A DNA stretch of 64,000 bases from an uncultured Candidatus Saccharibacteria bacterium (GTDB taxonomy: Bacteria; Patescibacteriota; Minisyncoccia; Phycocordibacterales; JAKFXT01), in NCBI GenBank assembly GCA_964385825.1, contig CAYLPX010000004.1, positions 4,986-68,985 on the forward strand, read 5' to 3'. Both the position numbers and the translations under genes were made by a program. The notes beneath the pieces are model-generated. The model ran no database searches, was not told where the DNA came from, and saw only the letters and a program-made list of their open reading frames with translations. This document shows, piece by piece, positions 7,750-18,207 of this stretch (positions are counted from its first letter, which is position 1; the number at the start of each line of letters is the position of its first letter).

Positions 7750-9030
7750 ATGAATAAATCTGTCTACAGTTACAAAGTACTTGAACTTATAGCCAAAGAA
7801 GTTGGTGGTTACTTCACTGGTTACGAAATTGTAAAAATCTTGGAAAAGATGGGGATACCCCGTGAAAAGATACAGTACCCAAATACAAAGTGGTGGACAA
7901 TAAATGAAGCTTTCAAATACATTAAGGAAACTGACACTGACCCCGAGAACACAATATCAAAGCTGATAATGGATTTTCTCCATCCACTAAACCATAATCT
8001 AAATGAGGAAAGTGCTGGAAAGCTGGCAGACAAACTTCAAAAATATCTGAAGTATGACAATTTTTATATAGAAGATACGGGTAGTGAATATCTGGTGCTT
8101 TCTGATGAAGAGATGGAGGAAATGCACGCTCACTCCCCAGAGGAAGAAGAGCGAAGTGATAAAGACAGAAAACTCTATGAAAAAAAGATAAAAGAAAGTG
8201 GAGATATTATAAAAGAACTTAGAGATAGCCATCAGATGTATATGGATATTGTTGAGATTTTTTGCCAAAACATCAAAAAACCAACAAAGGACCTAAACGA
8301 TGCGTATCTATTTCTCTCAAAAAACATTGAGGATGCGGTCAATAATTTGAGCTTTAAGCATTTCAAGTTACCTTTTTATAAACCCTTCAAAAATGATTTG
8401 TATTCAGCAGAGCTTGAATGGAATGGTACTGGCAATTTATCCGACTTACGACTGGGACCTCGCCTATCTTGGGATGTAGTGAGACCCTCTTTATATAGAA
8501 TGCATAGTGAAATAATAAAAATACAAAATCTTTCTGAAAGAGACACAGTATTGACTGACGAGGAAAAGAGACGGGAGGAAATAATAGAACTAATTTCTCA
8601 AAAAAGAGTGCAGAAAATACCCACAAATGAAATTGTTAAAAAAATGGAGATTTTGCACAAGTACGAAAAAACTACCCCAAGTTCGTTTTACGTTACAAAA
8701 AAAGACGATGACTTTTATTATAAAGGTCTTCACGTACTCGCTTCCAAGAAAAAAAATGACTACTACAAGGTCTTCTGCGCCCTATATGCAAAACTTCCCG
8801 AAGGTGGAGAAGTGCAATATAAGGAACTTATCGCCGAAATAAAAAGTCGTATGCCTGAACAGAAGAATAAAACTGTTGATGAGATGCGGAAGTTCATCCA
8901 AAGAAACCTCACGGATAGAAGTAATGGATTTATGAGATACGCCAAAATAGCTGAAACAGAAGATAACGGGAAGCCATTGATTTCTATATCTCGTGGCTCT
9001 GGCGTTGTCTTTAACAACAAGATGGGGTAA
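7750..9030 (+). CDS. hypothetical protein (426 aa) of unknown function; island 1 cargo
   Basis: Long ORF with an acidic low-complexity linker (SDEEMEEMHAHSPEEEERSDKDRK) between two domains. No recognisable motif. Confidence 0.5.
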   Translation: MNKSVYSYKVLELIAKEVGGYFTGYEIVKILEKMGIPREKIQYPNTKWWTINEAFKYIKETDTDPENTISKLIMDFLHPLNHNLNEESAGKLADKLQKYLKYDNFYIEDTGSEYLVLSDEEMEEMHAHSPEEEERSDKDRKLYEKKIKESGDIIKELRDSHQMYMDIVEIFCQNIKKPTKDLNDAYLFLSKNIEDAVNNLSFKHFKLPFYKPFKNDLYSAELEWNGTGNLSDLRLGPRLSWDVVRPSLYRMHSEIIKIQNLSERDTVLTDEEKRREEIIELISQKRVQKIPTNEIVKKMEILHKYEKTTPSSFYVTKKDDDFYYKGLHVLASKKKNDYYKVFCALYAKLPEGGEVQYKELIAEIKSRMPEQKNKTVDEMRKFIQRNLTDRSNGFMRYAKIAETEDNGKPLISISRGSGVVFNNKMG

Positions 9031-9205
9031 ATCCAACCTTTTCCTTAAAAATAAATAACTTGCCCTGAAAATAACGCCCAAAACAATGGGTGTTTTTTCA
9101 TTTTCAAGAAATCAAAAGAAATACGCAGAACACCCTAAAACAGCAAAAATCAAGATAGTGCATTAGTCGTTATGCACTGTCATTACAAACAATTACCCAA
9201 CCTAT

Positions 9206-9496
9206 ATGGCGAACAGGAAAGCAAAAAAGTCATCGGGGAATAACCAGTCATACCTTGATGACCCGTCTGTTGTTTTTACAACTTACGACCTCGGAGTATC
9301 AACCGCACTTTTATGTGCGGGTTTTGAGCTTTTGTCAGTAGATAGAAAGAACCAAAAGAAAGCGTTGTTCATCTTCAAAAAAGAAGAAGGGATTGAGGAG
9401 ACGGCAAACCGCTACTTCTCGGATAGATTAGATGTCAAAGCAAGGTCGTTCTTTGACCACCTCAAAGCACTCAAGAATAAACTCTATAGCGAATAA
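9206..9496 (+). CDS. DUF5659-like small protein
   Basis: TYDLGVSTALLCAGFELLSVDR...ALFIFKK resembles the DUF5659 family that is common on Patescibacteria mobile elements. Confidence 0.45.
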   Translation: MANRKAKKSSGNNQSYLDDPSVVFTTYDLGVSTALLCAGFELLSVDRKNQKKALFIFKKEEGIEETANRYFSDRLDVKARSFFDHLKALKNKLYSE

Positions 9497-9500
9497 CTCT

Positions 9501-9701
9501 ATGGTGTTGTCGGACGAAAACATTGTTAAGTTCCAAGCTCTCTACAAAGAGCATTTTGGAAAAGAAATCGGCAAAGAAGATGCCTACGAGCAAGGTATGA
9601 AACTTTTGCGATTAACTTCACTTTCCTATCGTCCAATGACGCTCACAGAACTTGAAGCAGTAAAAGCACGGCAAGCAGAACTTTTGCAAAAACAAAAATA
9701 A
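9501..9701 (+). CDS. small hypothetical protein with a homolog on island 2 (35185..35388)
   Basis: MVLSDENIVKFQALYKEHFGKEIGKEDAYEQGMKLLRL aligns with MLSPQAIEKYREIYKAEFGTDLTFDEASEQAQRFLNL. The start is set at the ATG at 9501, so as not to overlap the upstream gene. Confidence 0.5.
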   Translation: MVLSDENIVKFQALYKEHFGKEIGKEDAYEQGMKLLRLTSLSYRPMTLTELEAVKARQAELLQKQK

Positions 9702-9747
9702 ACTGCCGTGCAGGATTCCTTGAAATCCACCGCCAACAAAAATTACT

Positions 9748-10935
9748 ATGGATACAGTCATTATCAAAATATACGGACCGCATAAGTTCAAGATTTTGGA
9801 TAAATCACAATTTGTCCCTGAAATCGTAAGGCGAGAATATAACGACCTTTCGGCTACGGAAAAAGTATCACCAGTAAACCGAACTTACTTACGCCGTTTT
9901 GTACTTCATCCGAATTGGCACGAGCAATATCTGCCACGCGTTGAGATTTTTGAAGCATTAACCGAGGACCGAAAAAACATACGTTATATTCTCAAAGCTA
10001 CGTTTTCTGTCGCAAAATTGCTCTATTGGAATAGCTTGCAAGAGGTAGGCGAGAATGACAAACAAAAGGTAGTTTCTGCCTTAAAATCTGCGCTTGAGAT
10101 GGTTGGCATCATTGTAGACGTTGAAATAATTGAAAATGCCACAGTAGAAGCTGTGCACGCTTGCAAGAATATACCCTTGCCAAAAACAATGCAGATGCGA
10201 GAGATAATCAATGAACTTGCAAAAATAGATATAAATAAAGCATTTGATATAAGCGAGAAACAATGCAAAAAAGGTGCGCGAGTGCTTAATATCTACTCTG
10301 GAACTATAGATTGGTCTTTTTACGATAAGATTTCTGACTCATTGCGACCAAAAAACAAACGGAACGATAAGAGCCATATAGGCCACGAAAGAAGCGTAAT
10401 TGAGCGATACAACTTACAAGAGCGAGAGGTATTTCGGTATGAATATCGCATAAAGAAAACTCAAACAACTAAGCGAGAGATAAATACCCTGCTCGGTAGA
10501 GAATACTCAACACAAGTCGTTTTCAAAGACCTCTTCACTCCAAATCTTCTGAAAACACTTGTTCTTAATTCTTGGCACGCGCTCATAGAAAGACCTGAAA
10601 ACCAGATTTCACTTTTTAGCACTATTGATAAACTTGGACTTTTCCTACACATACTCTCCGAAGCAAAGAAGCGAGGTGAAAAAGCCCACAGTATGAATAA
10701 TGCTCTTATATCCTACGGACTGGCAACGGCAATACGGGACCACGGAGCAAAGGAAGTGCGAGGGGCGATATTTGATGTGTGGAGTAACAGTCATTCCGAA
10801 CGATTGACCAAAAAAATAGAGCTATCATCAGAATTAACAAAGAGGTTGCCATATTCAAACAACATAACTTTCATTGATACAGCTCTTGAAAGATACGAGC
10901 TTATCACCTTAACTTCACTGGAAAATGGCGTATAA
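9748..10935 (+). CDS. hypothetical protein, possibly a rolling-circle replication initiator (Rep_trans-like)
   Basis: 395 aa. FYDK and FRYEYRIKK elements are reminiscent of the Tyr-containing catalytic motifs of Rep_trans proteins. The assignment is weak. Confidence 0.3.
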   Translation: MDTVIIKIYGPHKFKILDKSQFVPEIVRREYNDLSATEKVSPVNRTYLRRFVLHPNWHEQYLPRVEIFEALTEDRKNIRYILKATFSVAKLLYWNSLQEVGENDKQKVVSALKSALEMVGIIVDVEIIENATVEAVHACKNIPLPKTMQMREIINELAKIDINKAFDISEKQCKKGARVLNIYSGTIDWSFYDKISDSLRPKNKRNDKSHIGHERSVIERYNLQEREVFRYEYRIKKTQTTKREINTLLGREYSTQVVFKDLFTPNLLKTLVLNSWHALIERPENQISLFSTIDKLGLFLHILSEAKKRGEKAHSMNNALISYGLATAIRDHGAKEVRGAIFDVWSNSHSERLTKKIELSSELTKRLPYSNNITFIDTALERYELITLTSLENGV

Positions 10936-11084
10936 TGTACTTGTTGACCCAGTTAGGCATAATAAACGCGAGGTATTTTTATTGGACGAAATAGTACCCG
11001 AAAGGGGCGGTCTGCCAACTATCCGTTCAATCCTCGCGATTGCCTATAGCTGGGTCAACCAGACCGTCCCTTTCGGGTTTTTAT

Positions 11085-12695
11085 ATGAATACAGATAAAA
11101 CAAAAATTAAATACTTTCTCTATGCTCGGAAATCGTCCGAGAGTGAGGACAGACAAGTCCAATCAATCGGCGACCAAACAGACCGCATTACAAAACTTGC
11201 GGAAGACGAAAAGTTGGATGTTTTTGAAATCCTCTCGGAAGCTAAGTCAGCGAAAAATCCAAACAATCGTCCTATTTTTGACAAAATGCTTGAGCGGATT
11301 GAAAAAGGAGAAGCGAACGGCATTTTATGTTGGGAAATCAATCGTCTTTCACGCAATCCAGTTGATAGCGGAAAAATACAGTGGCTATTACAACAAGGAA
11401 TTATAAAATCAATCAGAACTATAAATCGTGAGTACAAACCAGACGATAATGCTCTACTTTTGAGTGTTGAGAGTGGGTCAGCTAATCAATTTATTCTGGA
11501 CTTAAAGAAAGGGGTAAAGAGAGGTATTGATAGCAAACTTGAAAAAGGGATGGCTCCTATAATGGCACCTCTTGGATACCTCAATACAAAGATAGAAATA
11601 CGCGGTGAGAATTACATTACAAAAGACCCAGAACGTTTCGCTATCTTGCGCAGAATGTGGGATATGATGCTTACAGGAAACTTTACTCCACCAAAGATAC
11701 GCGACATTGCAAATAATGAGTGGGGCTTACGAACACGCAAGATGAGACGAAGAGGTTCAAAGCCAATTTCCCGAAGTACCATTTATCGCATTTTCACAGA
11801 CCCATTCTATATAGGACTTTTTCAATACGGCGGAAAAACATATCAAGGAAAACATGAAGCGATGGTTACACTTGAAGAATATGACCGAGTGCAAATACTT
11901 CTTGGCAGAGAAGGCAGACCACGACCAAAGGTACACGAGTTTCCTTATACTGGCGTTATACGATGTGGCGAGTGCGGAAGTATGATTACTGCGATTGAAA
12001 AAACAAAGATAATAAAAAAGACGGGGGAACTAAAAACGTTTACTTACTATTATTGCTCCCGCAAAAAAGAAGGTGTGCCGTGTACACAGAATGTATACGT
12101 GAATGGTGAATTGATGAGTGAGCAAATTGAACGAGAAGTTATGAAGATTTCTATTCTGCCCGATTTCAAAAACTGGGCTTTGGAAATCCTAAACCAAAGC
12201 AACGATAAAGAAGTTGACGAGAGAGCCAAAGTATACGAAACGCAACAAAAAGCTCTTGCGGAAACTCAACGTCAACTGGATACGCTAACTAAGATGCGTT
12301 ATCGCGAACTTATTGATGACAACTCATTTATAAAAGAACGAGACGAACTAAAGGCAACAATCACCACACTCAAAAAGAACTTGCTTGAAACCGAAAGCCG
12401 AGCCGACAAGTGGTTAGAACTTACGGAAAAGACCTTTGTATTTGCCCTCTACGCACATAGCTCATTCCTAAACGGCGACATCCAAACCAAAAAAGAGATA
12501 CTTATGGCACTTGGGCAGAACTACACGCTAAAAGACCAAAAACTCGTTATAGTGCCTAACGAATGGCTGAAACCAATCATTGAACAGTATCCAGCGATGG
12601 AAAAAGAATATAAACGGCAAGAACTGAAAAATAACAAGAAACCATATAGACAAAAAGACGCTTTCGCGTCTCTTCGTCCCTTACTGCGCGGCTGA
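11085..12695 (+). CDS. large serine recombinase (resolvase N-domain + recombinase domain + zinc ribbon)
   Basis: YARKSSESEDRQVQSIGDQ catalytic-Ser N-terminus, ILCWEINRLSRN, and a CGECGS...YYYCSRKK zinc ribbon. The stop TGA lies inside the att repeat and the ORF overlaps the tRNA-Asp 3' end by 9 nt. Confidence 0.85.
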   Translation: MNTDKTKIKYFLYARKSSESEDRQVQSIGDQTDRITKLAEDEKLDVFEILSEAKSAKNPNNRPIFDKMLERIEKGEANGILCWEINRLSRNPVDSGKIQWLLQQGIIKSIRTINREYKPDDNALLLSVESGSANQFILDLKKGVKRGIDSKLEKGMAPIMAPLGYLNTKIEIRGENYITKDPERFAILRRMWDMMLTGNFTPPKIRDIANNEWGLRTRKMRRRGSKPISRSTIYRIFTDPFYIGLFQYGGKTYQGKHEAMVTLEEYDRVQILLGREGRPRPKVHEFPYTGVIRCGECGSMITAIEKTKIIKKTGELKTFTYYYCSRKKEGVPCTQNVYVNGELMSEQIEREVMKISILPDFKNWALEILNQSNDKEVDERAKVYETQQKALAETQRQLDTLTKMRYRELIDDNSFIKERDELKATITTLKKNLLETESRADKWLELTEKTFVFALYAHSSFLNGDIQTKKEILMALGQNYTLKDQKLVIVPNEWLKPIIEQYPAMEKEYKRQELKNNKKPYRQKDAFASLRPLLRG

Positions 12696-12705
12696 CCGGA
12701 CTTGA
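12685..12705 (+). repeat. attR-like 21-bp direct repeat (the genuine 3' end of tRNA-Asp)
   Basis: Identical to 3338-3358. Confidence 0.8.
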
Positions 12706-12760
12706 ACCGGCAACCTCTCGCGTGACAGGCGAGTGCTCTAACCAGTTGAGCTACAACCGC
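12687..12760 (-). tRNA. tRNA-Asp (anticodon GUC)
   Basis: GCGGTTG TA GCTC AACTGGTT AGAGC A CTCGC CTGTCAC GCGAG AGGTT GCCGG TTCAAGT CCGGT CAGCCGC G. CCA is not encoded. Confidence 0.85.
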
Positions 12761-12797
12761 ATTTTTTTCCGAATGCCCTATGCTTTCGCATAGCTCG

Positions 12798-12871
12798 GGT
12801 GCCGATGGGTGGAATCGGACCACCGTTTAGGGCTTATGAGTCCCTCGTTCTAACCATTGAACTACACCGGC
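12798..12871 (-). tRNA. tRNA with CAU anticodon (elongator Met or Ile2) and an unusual T-loop
   Basis: GCCGGTG TA GTTC AATGGTT AGAAC G AGGGA CTCATAA GCCCT AAAC GGTGG TCCGATT CCACC CATCGGC A. G1-C72 pairs, so it is not an initiator. The T-loop has C at position 55 and there is one A-G mismatch in the anticodon stem. Confidence 0.6.
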
Positions 12872-12967
12872 AAAGTAAAACAAAACTAACACGAAAATGG
12901 GGATAATTCAATTGGGCGGCTCAGCGACAAGCACTCGCTCCGCTCGTCTTGTATACCGCTTCCGTCT

Positions 12968-13081
12968 TGCAAGTCCAGTCGTAAAAAGCCTTAGCTTTTT
13001 ACTCCTCTCCGCAACAAGTATGTAAAATGCCTTCATGTTATGAAGGCATTTTACATACTTGTTGCGGGGGCTGGACTTGCA
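12968..13081. repeat. nested palindromic structure: an 11-bp outer inverted repeat enclosing a 9-bp hairpin and a 28-bp perfect hairpin
   Basis: TGCAAGTCCAG (12968-12978) pairs with CTGGACTTGCA (13071-13081). Inside are GTAAAAAGC-CTTA-GCTTTTTAC (12982-13003) and the 59-nt perfect hairpin at 13009-13067, with 28-bp arms and a 3-nt loop (arms CCGCAACAAGTATGTAAAATGCCTTCAT/ATGAAGGCATTTTACATACTTGTTGCGG). Confidence 0.8.
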
Positions 13082-13140
13082 CCAACATCTCAAGGTTATG
13101 AGCCTTACGAATTACTATTACTCTACCCCGCTATATGTGA
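13069..13140 (-). other. degenerate tRNA-like element (CAU anticodon stem-loop and T-arm intact; D-arm and acceptor not canonical)
   Basis: Revcomp is GCGGGGTAGAGTAATAGTAATTCG TAAGG CTCATAA CCTTG AGAT GTTGG TGCAAGT CCAGC CCCCGCAAC. Its T-arm forms one arm of the outer inverted repeat above. Confidence 0.4.
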
Positions 13141-13193
13141 GGACTCCCTCTTGAGAAGCCCATAGTAACAGAAAAGTGCGTTTTGGCAACCCT

Positions 13194-13814
13194 CTATATA
13201 TACTGAAACTCCCGAAACACCTCTTCGTATAGATTTAAAATATGTCGCATTTCACGCTCGGAAAGTTCAAATGAAGATCCCTCATGGGCTATGGCGTTAC
13301 GTGTACGATGGGCCTCCCAGGCCTTATCAATAGTCTTAAAATCTCCTCGATCAACCCTTTTCAAACGCTCGCCGAGCGTATCACCAAGTTCAGAAAAACG
13401 CTCATACACTAACTCATCTAGAATAATATCTGCCTCAAGTATGGCCAGTCTCCATTCATGGGGATTTTGCGAAGCCACGTGCCCTTGTACCTGCTGCCAC
13501 TTATGGAACCCTGGCGCAAAATTACTTTCTCCATGTGCCTCCAAACGATGCCAGTAATTATGCTCAGCATCGTGCATAGCTATATTTTCAGCAGTACGAA
13601 TCTGATACAACCTAAATAAGCTGTAGAAAATAGCAATAAGAAGAAAAATGGAAGCGCAGGTAGAAACAAAAGCAAAAGTAAGGTACGCGTTTTTCCAAAC
13701 CGCTACTATTTCTTCTTTGTGTGCGAGAGCGTCACTTCCACCTGTAGTGAAAAGACCGTAAATCCACACAAAAATAGATTCAATATCGAGGGACGGAACA
13801 TTGGTAATTTCCAT
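13194..13814 (-). CDS. membrane-anchored protein with a C-terminal DUF4145/HEPN-like domain
   Basis: Two TM helices, then a C-terminal region with the R-x4-H motif (HRTRNAIAHEG) that is diagnostic of the HEPN/DUF4145 fold. Confidence 0.4.
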   Translation of the reverse strand: MEITNVPSLDIESIFVWIYGLFTTGGSDALAHKEEIVAVWKNAYLTFAFVSTCASIFLLIAIFYSLFRLYQIRTAENIAMHDAEHNYWHRLEAHGESNFAPGFHKWQQVQGHVASQNPHEWRLAILEADIILDELVYERFSELGDTLGERLKRVDRGDFKTIDKAWEAHRTRNAIAHEGSSFELSEREMRHILNLYEEVFREFQYI

Positions 13815-13833
13815 ACCCCTATTCTACCAAGAC

Positions 13834-15258
13834 TTAGGCCTCTCCGAGAAATTTTTTACCCATATCAAAAAGGGTAGTTTCAGTAAGTGGAGCTCCCATA
13901 AGTTGAACTCCGAGTGGAAGTTGCTTGCCAGCAATTGCAGCAAAGCCAGAGGGCACGGAAAGAGCGGGGATACCAGCGATGTTTGCAGGCGTCGTGAATA
14001 TATCAGCCAAGTACATAGTTACCGGATCGTCGATCTTCTCCCCTATTTTAAATGCTGGAGCTGGAGTTGTAGGAGTGAGGACCACATCAACCCCACTATC
14101 AAACACTTTTTTAAAATCTTGCTTAATAAGTTCTCGCACCTGAAGAGCTTTGTAGTAATATGCATCATAGTATCCTGCCGACAGCACGTAGGTACCAAGA
14201 AGAATGCGTCGTCGCACCTCCTGTCCGAAACCTTCGCCGCGTGACTTTTTGTAATCATCTAGCAGTGTCTCGCTTTCAACATGAAGTCCATAGCGTACTC
14301 CATCAAAACGTGCCAAGTTAGTAGAGCTCTCAGCTGGCATAATGATGTAATACACTGGCAACGAATAATCTATATTTGGCAATTCAATATCACGCACCTC
14401 ACAGCCAAGCGCTTTAAAGCGGTTAATCGCTTCTTTAAAATTAAGTAGCACCTCTTCACTCAATCCCTTTTCCAAAAAATGCCAAGGCACTCCGATAGTA
14501 TACGAACTTTTAACTTGTGCCTTTTCATACAGACTATCACTAAGTGAAGTGCTGTCTTGTGGATCTTCCCCCTTCAAAATATCAAAAAGTAGTTCTGCAT
14601 CCGCCACACTAGTAGTCATGGGACCAATCTGATCAAGCGAAGACCCCATCGCCATAAGACCAAAACGAGAAATAGCTCCATACGTTGGTTTAAGCCCCAC
14701 AAGTCCACAAAAACTAGCTGGCTGACGTACTGACCCACCCGTATCTGAACCAAGTGCAGCGAGGGCTCCGCCCATAGCAACAGCCGCGGCTGATCCGCCA
14801 GAGGATCCCCCTGAAACCCTTTCTCTATCATGTGGGTTCCGAGTCACACCGTAGGCAGAGTTCTCTGTTGAGCCACCCATGGCGAATTCGTCCATATTTG
14901 TCCGCCCGATAAAAATAGCTCCCTCAGCCTTTAGTTTCTTAATAGCAGTAGCGTCATACGTTGCAACATAATTTTCCAAAATCTTGGAGGAAGCCCCTGC
15001 ATGCTTCCCCTCAATTAAAATATTGTCTTTAATAGCAAGTGGTATACCCAAAAGGCGCCCCTTATTACCCTCTTTCCTCTTTTGATCAGCCTCTATAGCC
15101 TGCTCCCTTGCATCAGCAAAAACTTCTCGGTACGCATTAATATCCGGATTATCTTTAGCAAGTACCTCAAGGTACTGCTCCATGAGCGAAAGCGCAGTAA
15201 GGCTACCTCCTTCAAGTAAGGCTTTTGCTTCAGTAATTGTCTTAGGAATCGTGGCCAT
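13834..15258 (-). CDS. gatA: Asp-tRNA(Asn)/Glu-tRNA(Gln) amidotransferase subunit A
   Basis: Amidase signature GGSSGGSAAAVA and Ser-cisSer-Lys triad context. 474 aa. Confidence 0.9.
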   Translation of the reverse strand: MATIPKTITEAKALLEGGSLTALSLMEQYLEVLAKDNPDINAYREVFADAREQAIEADQKRKEGNKGRLLGIPLAIKDNILIEGKHAGASSKILENYVATYDATAIKKLKAEGAIFIGRTNMDEFAMGGSTENSAYGVTRNPHDRERVSGGSSGGSAAAVAMGGALAALGSDTGGSVRQPASFCGLVGLKPTYGAISRFGLMAMGSSLDQIGPMTTSVADAELLFDILKGEDPQDSTSLSDSLYEKAQVKSSYTIGVPWHFLEKGLSEEVLLNFKEAINRFKALGCEVRDIELPNIDYSLPVYYIIMPAESSTNLARFDGVRYGLHVESETLLDDYKKSRGEGFGQEVRRRILLGTYVLSAGYYDAYYYKALQVRELIKQDFKKVFDSGVDVVLTPTTPAPAFKIGEKIDDPVTMYLADIFTTPANIAGIPALSVPSGFAAIAGKQLPLGVQLMGAPLTETTLFDMGKKFLGEA

Positions 15259-15261
15259 GGT

Positions 15262-15546
15262 TTACAATATTTTTTTCACTACCACATAGGATTCCCTACG
15301 CCGTGGGGCCTGTCCCACAATAGCCTCTGTATAAAGTCCTGCTTCATGGGGGTCAGTATCGTCCCGTAATACATTTTTAGGGATAATAGTATCTGTTATG
15401 GTAACCTCCGCACTTGGGGCATTTTGTAACATAGAAATATAGGCCACGATAGACTCAATGTCCTTGCGTAGTTTTTCCTTTTCCCCCTCTTCTATGTGCA
15501 ACCTTGAAAGGAGTGCTATTTTATCTAGTTCTTTTGGATCAATCAT
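15262..15546 (-). CDS. gatC: amidotransferase subunit C
   Basis: 94-aa protein immediately upstream of gatA with GatC-like MIDPKELDKIALLSRLHIEEGE. Confidence 0.75.
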   Translation of the reverse strand: MIDPKELDKIALLSRLHIEEGEKEKLRKDIESIVAYISMLQNAPSAEVTITDTIIPKNVLRDDTDPHEAGLYTEAIVGQAPRRRESYVVVKKIL

Positions 15547-15596
15547 TGTGGGCTATCATAGCGTACTTCAAAATATCTCGCTAGCTAGACCTCTAC

Positions 15597-17627
<2,031 letters not shown>

Positions 17628-17660
17628 TTAGCGAATTCAGAGACTAAGTGCCAGAAAGGA

Positions 17661-18206
17661 CTATTGAAGGATAATCTGAATCGTACGCTCCACACGTCGC
17701 GGGTTAGTGGTATCACAGGTGTTATAGCCACGGGAGGTTACGGTGGTTACCACCACTCCCCCTGTGTACTGCTTTAAAACCTCAACAGAAGCACAGTATC
17801 TACCAGTAATAAGATTAAAAGCTGAATTCGTAATAGTACCTTTTGAAGCGATAGCAATCGGTCCGCCAAGACATTGTATAGTTGGCAGGCTTGCGCCGAC
17901 TATTTTCTGTCGATTACTATTCGCGTAATCAATAGCTGTTCCCCCCGATGGTATACCTGGCTCTCCAGTAGCGTCTCCCACATTAAAAGCGCTACCTGAC
18001 CCATCGTCTCCCCCAGGGTAATACTTACGCTCCCAATAAAGAGCACATTCAGCTCCCGTATCAGCTGAGTAAAAAGCAGCTTGAGAATCTTTACCAATGG
18101 AAGAAAGGGTTAGTTGTGTGTACGCAATTTTAAAAATAGTAGCTCCAATAACCAAAAAGAGGCTGGAGGTCAGAATTGCAATAAGTAATGTAAAGCCTTT
18201 TTTCAT
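17661..18206 (-). CDS. pilin-like (minor pilin/pseudopilin) protein
   Basis: N-terminal MKKGFTLLIAIL resembles a class-III prepilin signal peptide (G|FTL) followed by a hydrophobic helix. Confidence 0.5.
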   Translation of the reverse strand: MKKGFTLLIAILTSSLFLVIGATIFKIAYTQLTLSSIGKDSQAAFYSADTGAECALYWERKYYPGGDDGSGSAFNVGDATGEPGIPSGGTAIDYANSNRQKIVGASLPTIQCLGGPIAIASKGTITNSAFNLITGRYCASVEVLKQYTGGVVVTTVTSRGYNTCDTTNPRRVERTIQIILQ

Positions 18207-18207
18207 A

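Larger units (their letters stand above)
3338..12705. mobile_element. integrative island 1 (~9.4 kb) inserted at the tRNA-Asp 3' end. It encodes a large serine recombinase, a copper-resistance operon, a Rep-like gene and unknown cargo.
   Basis: Perfect 21-bp direct repeats sit at both ends. One repeat is the 3' end of tRNA-Asp. The recombinase gene sits at the tRNA-proximal end. A DUF5659-like gene and a Rep-like gene are inside. Confidence 0.7.

Noticed and set aside
9432-9500. N-terminal extension of the small ORF overlapping the DUF5659-like gene by 65 nt
   Set aside because: An internal ATG at 9501 gives a non-overlapping gene whose N-terminus aligns with the island 2 homolog.
12521-12823. 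Minus-strand 100-aa ORF
   Set aside because: It overlaps the recombinase 3' end and runs through tRNA-Asp and tRNA(CAU). It is an artefact of stop-free tRNA sequence.
12908-13093. Minus-strand 61-aa ORF
   Set aside because: It lies entirely within the nested palindromic/tRNA-like region. An open frame is expected by chance in a palindrome.
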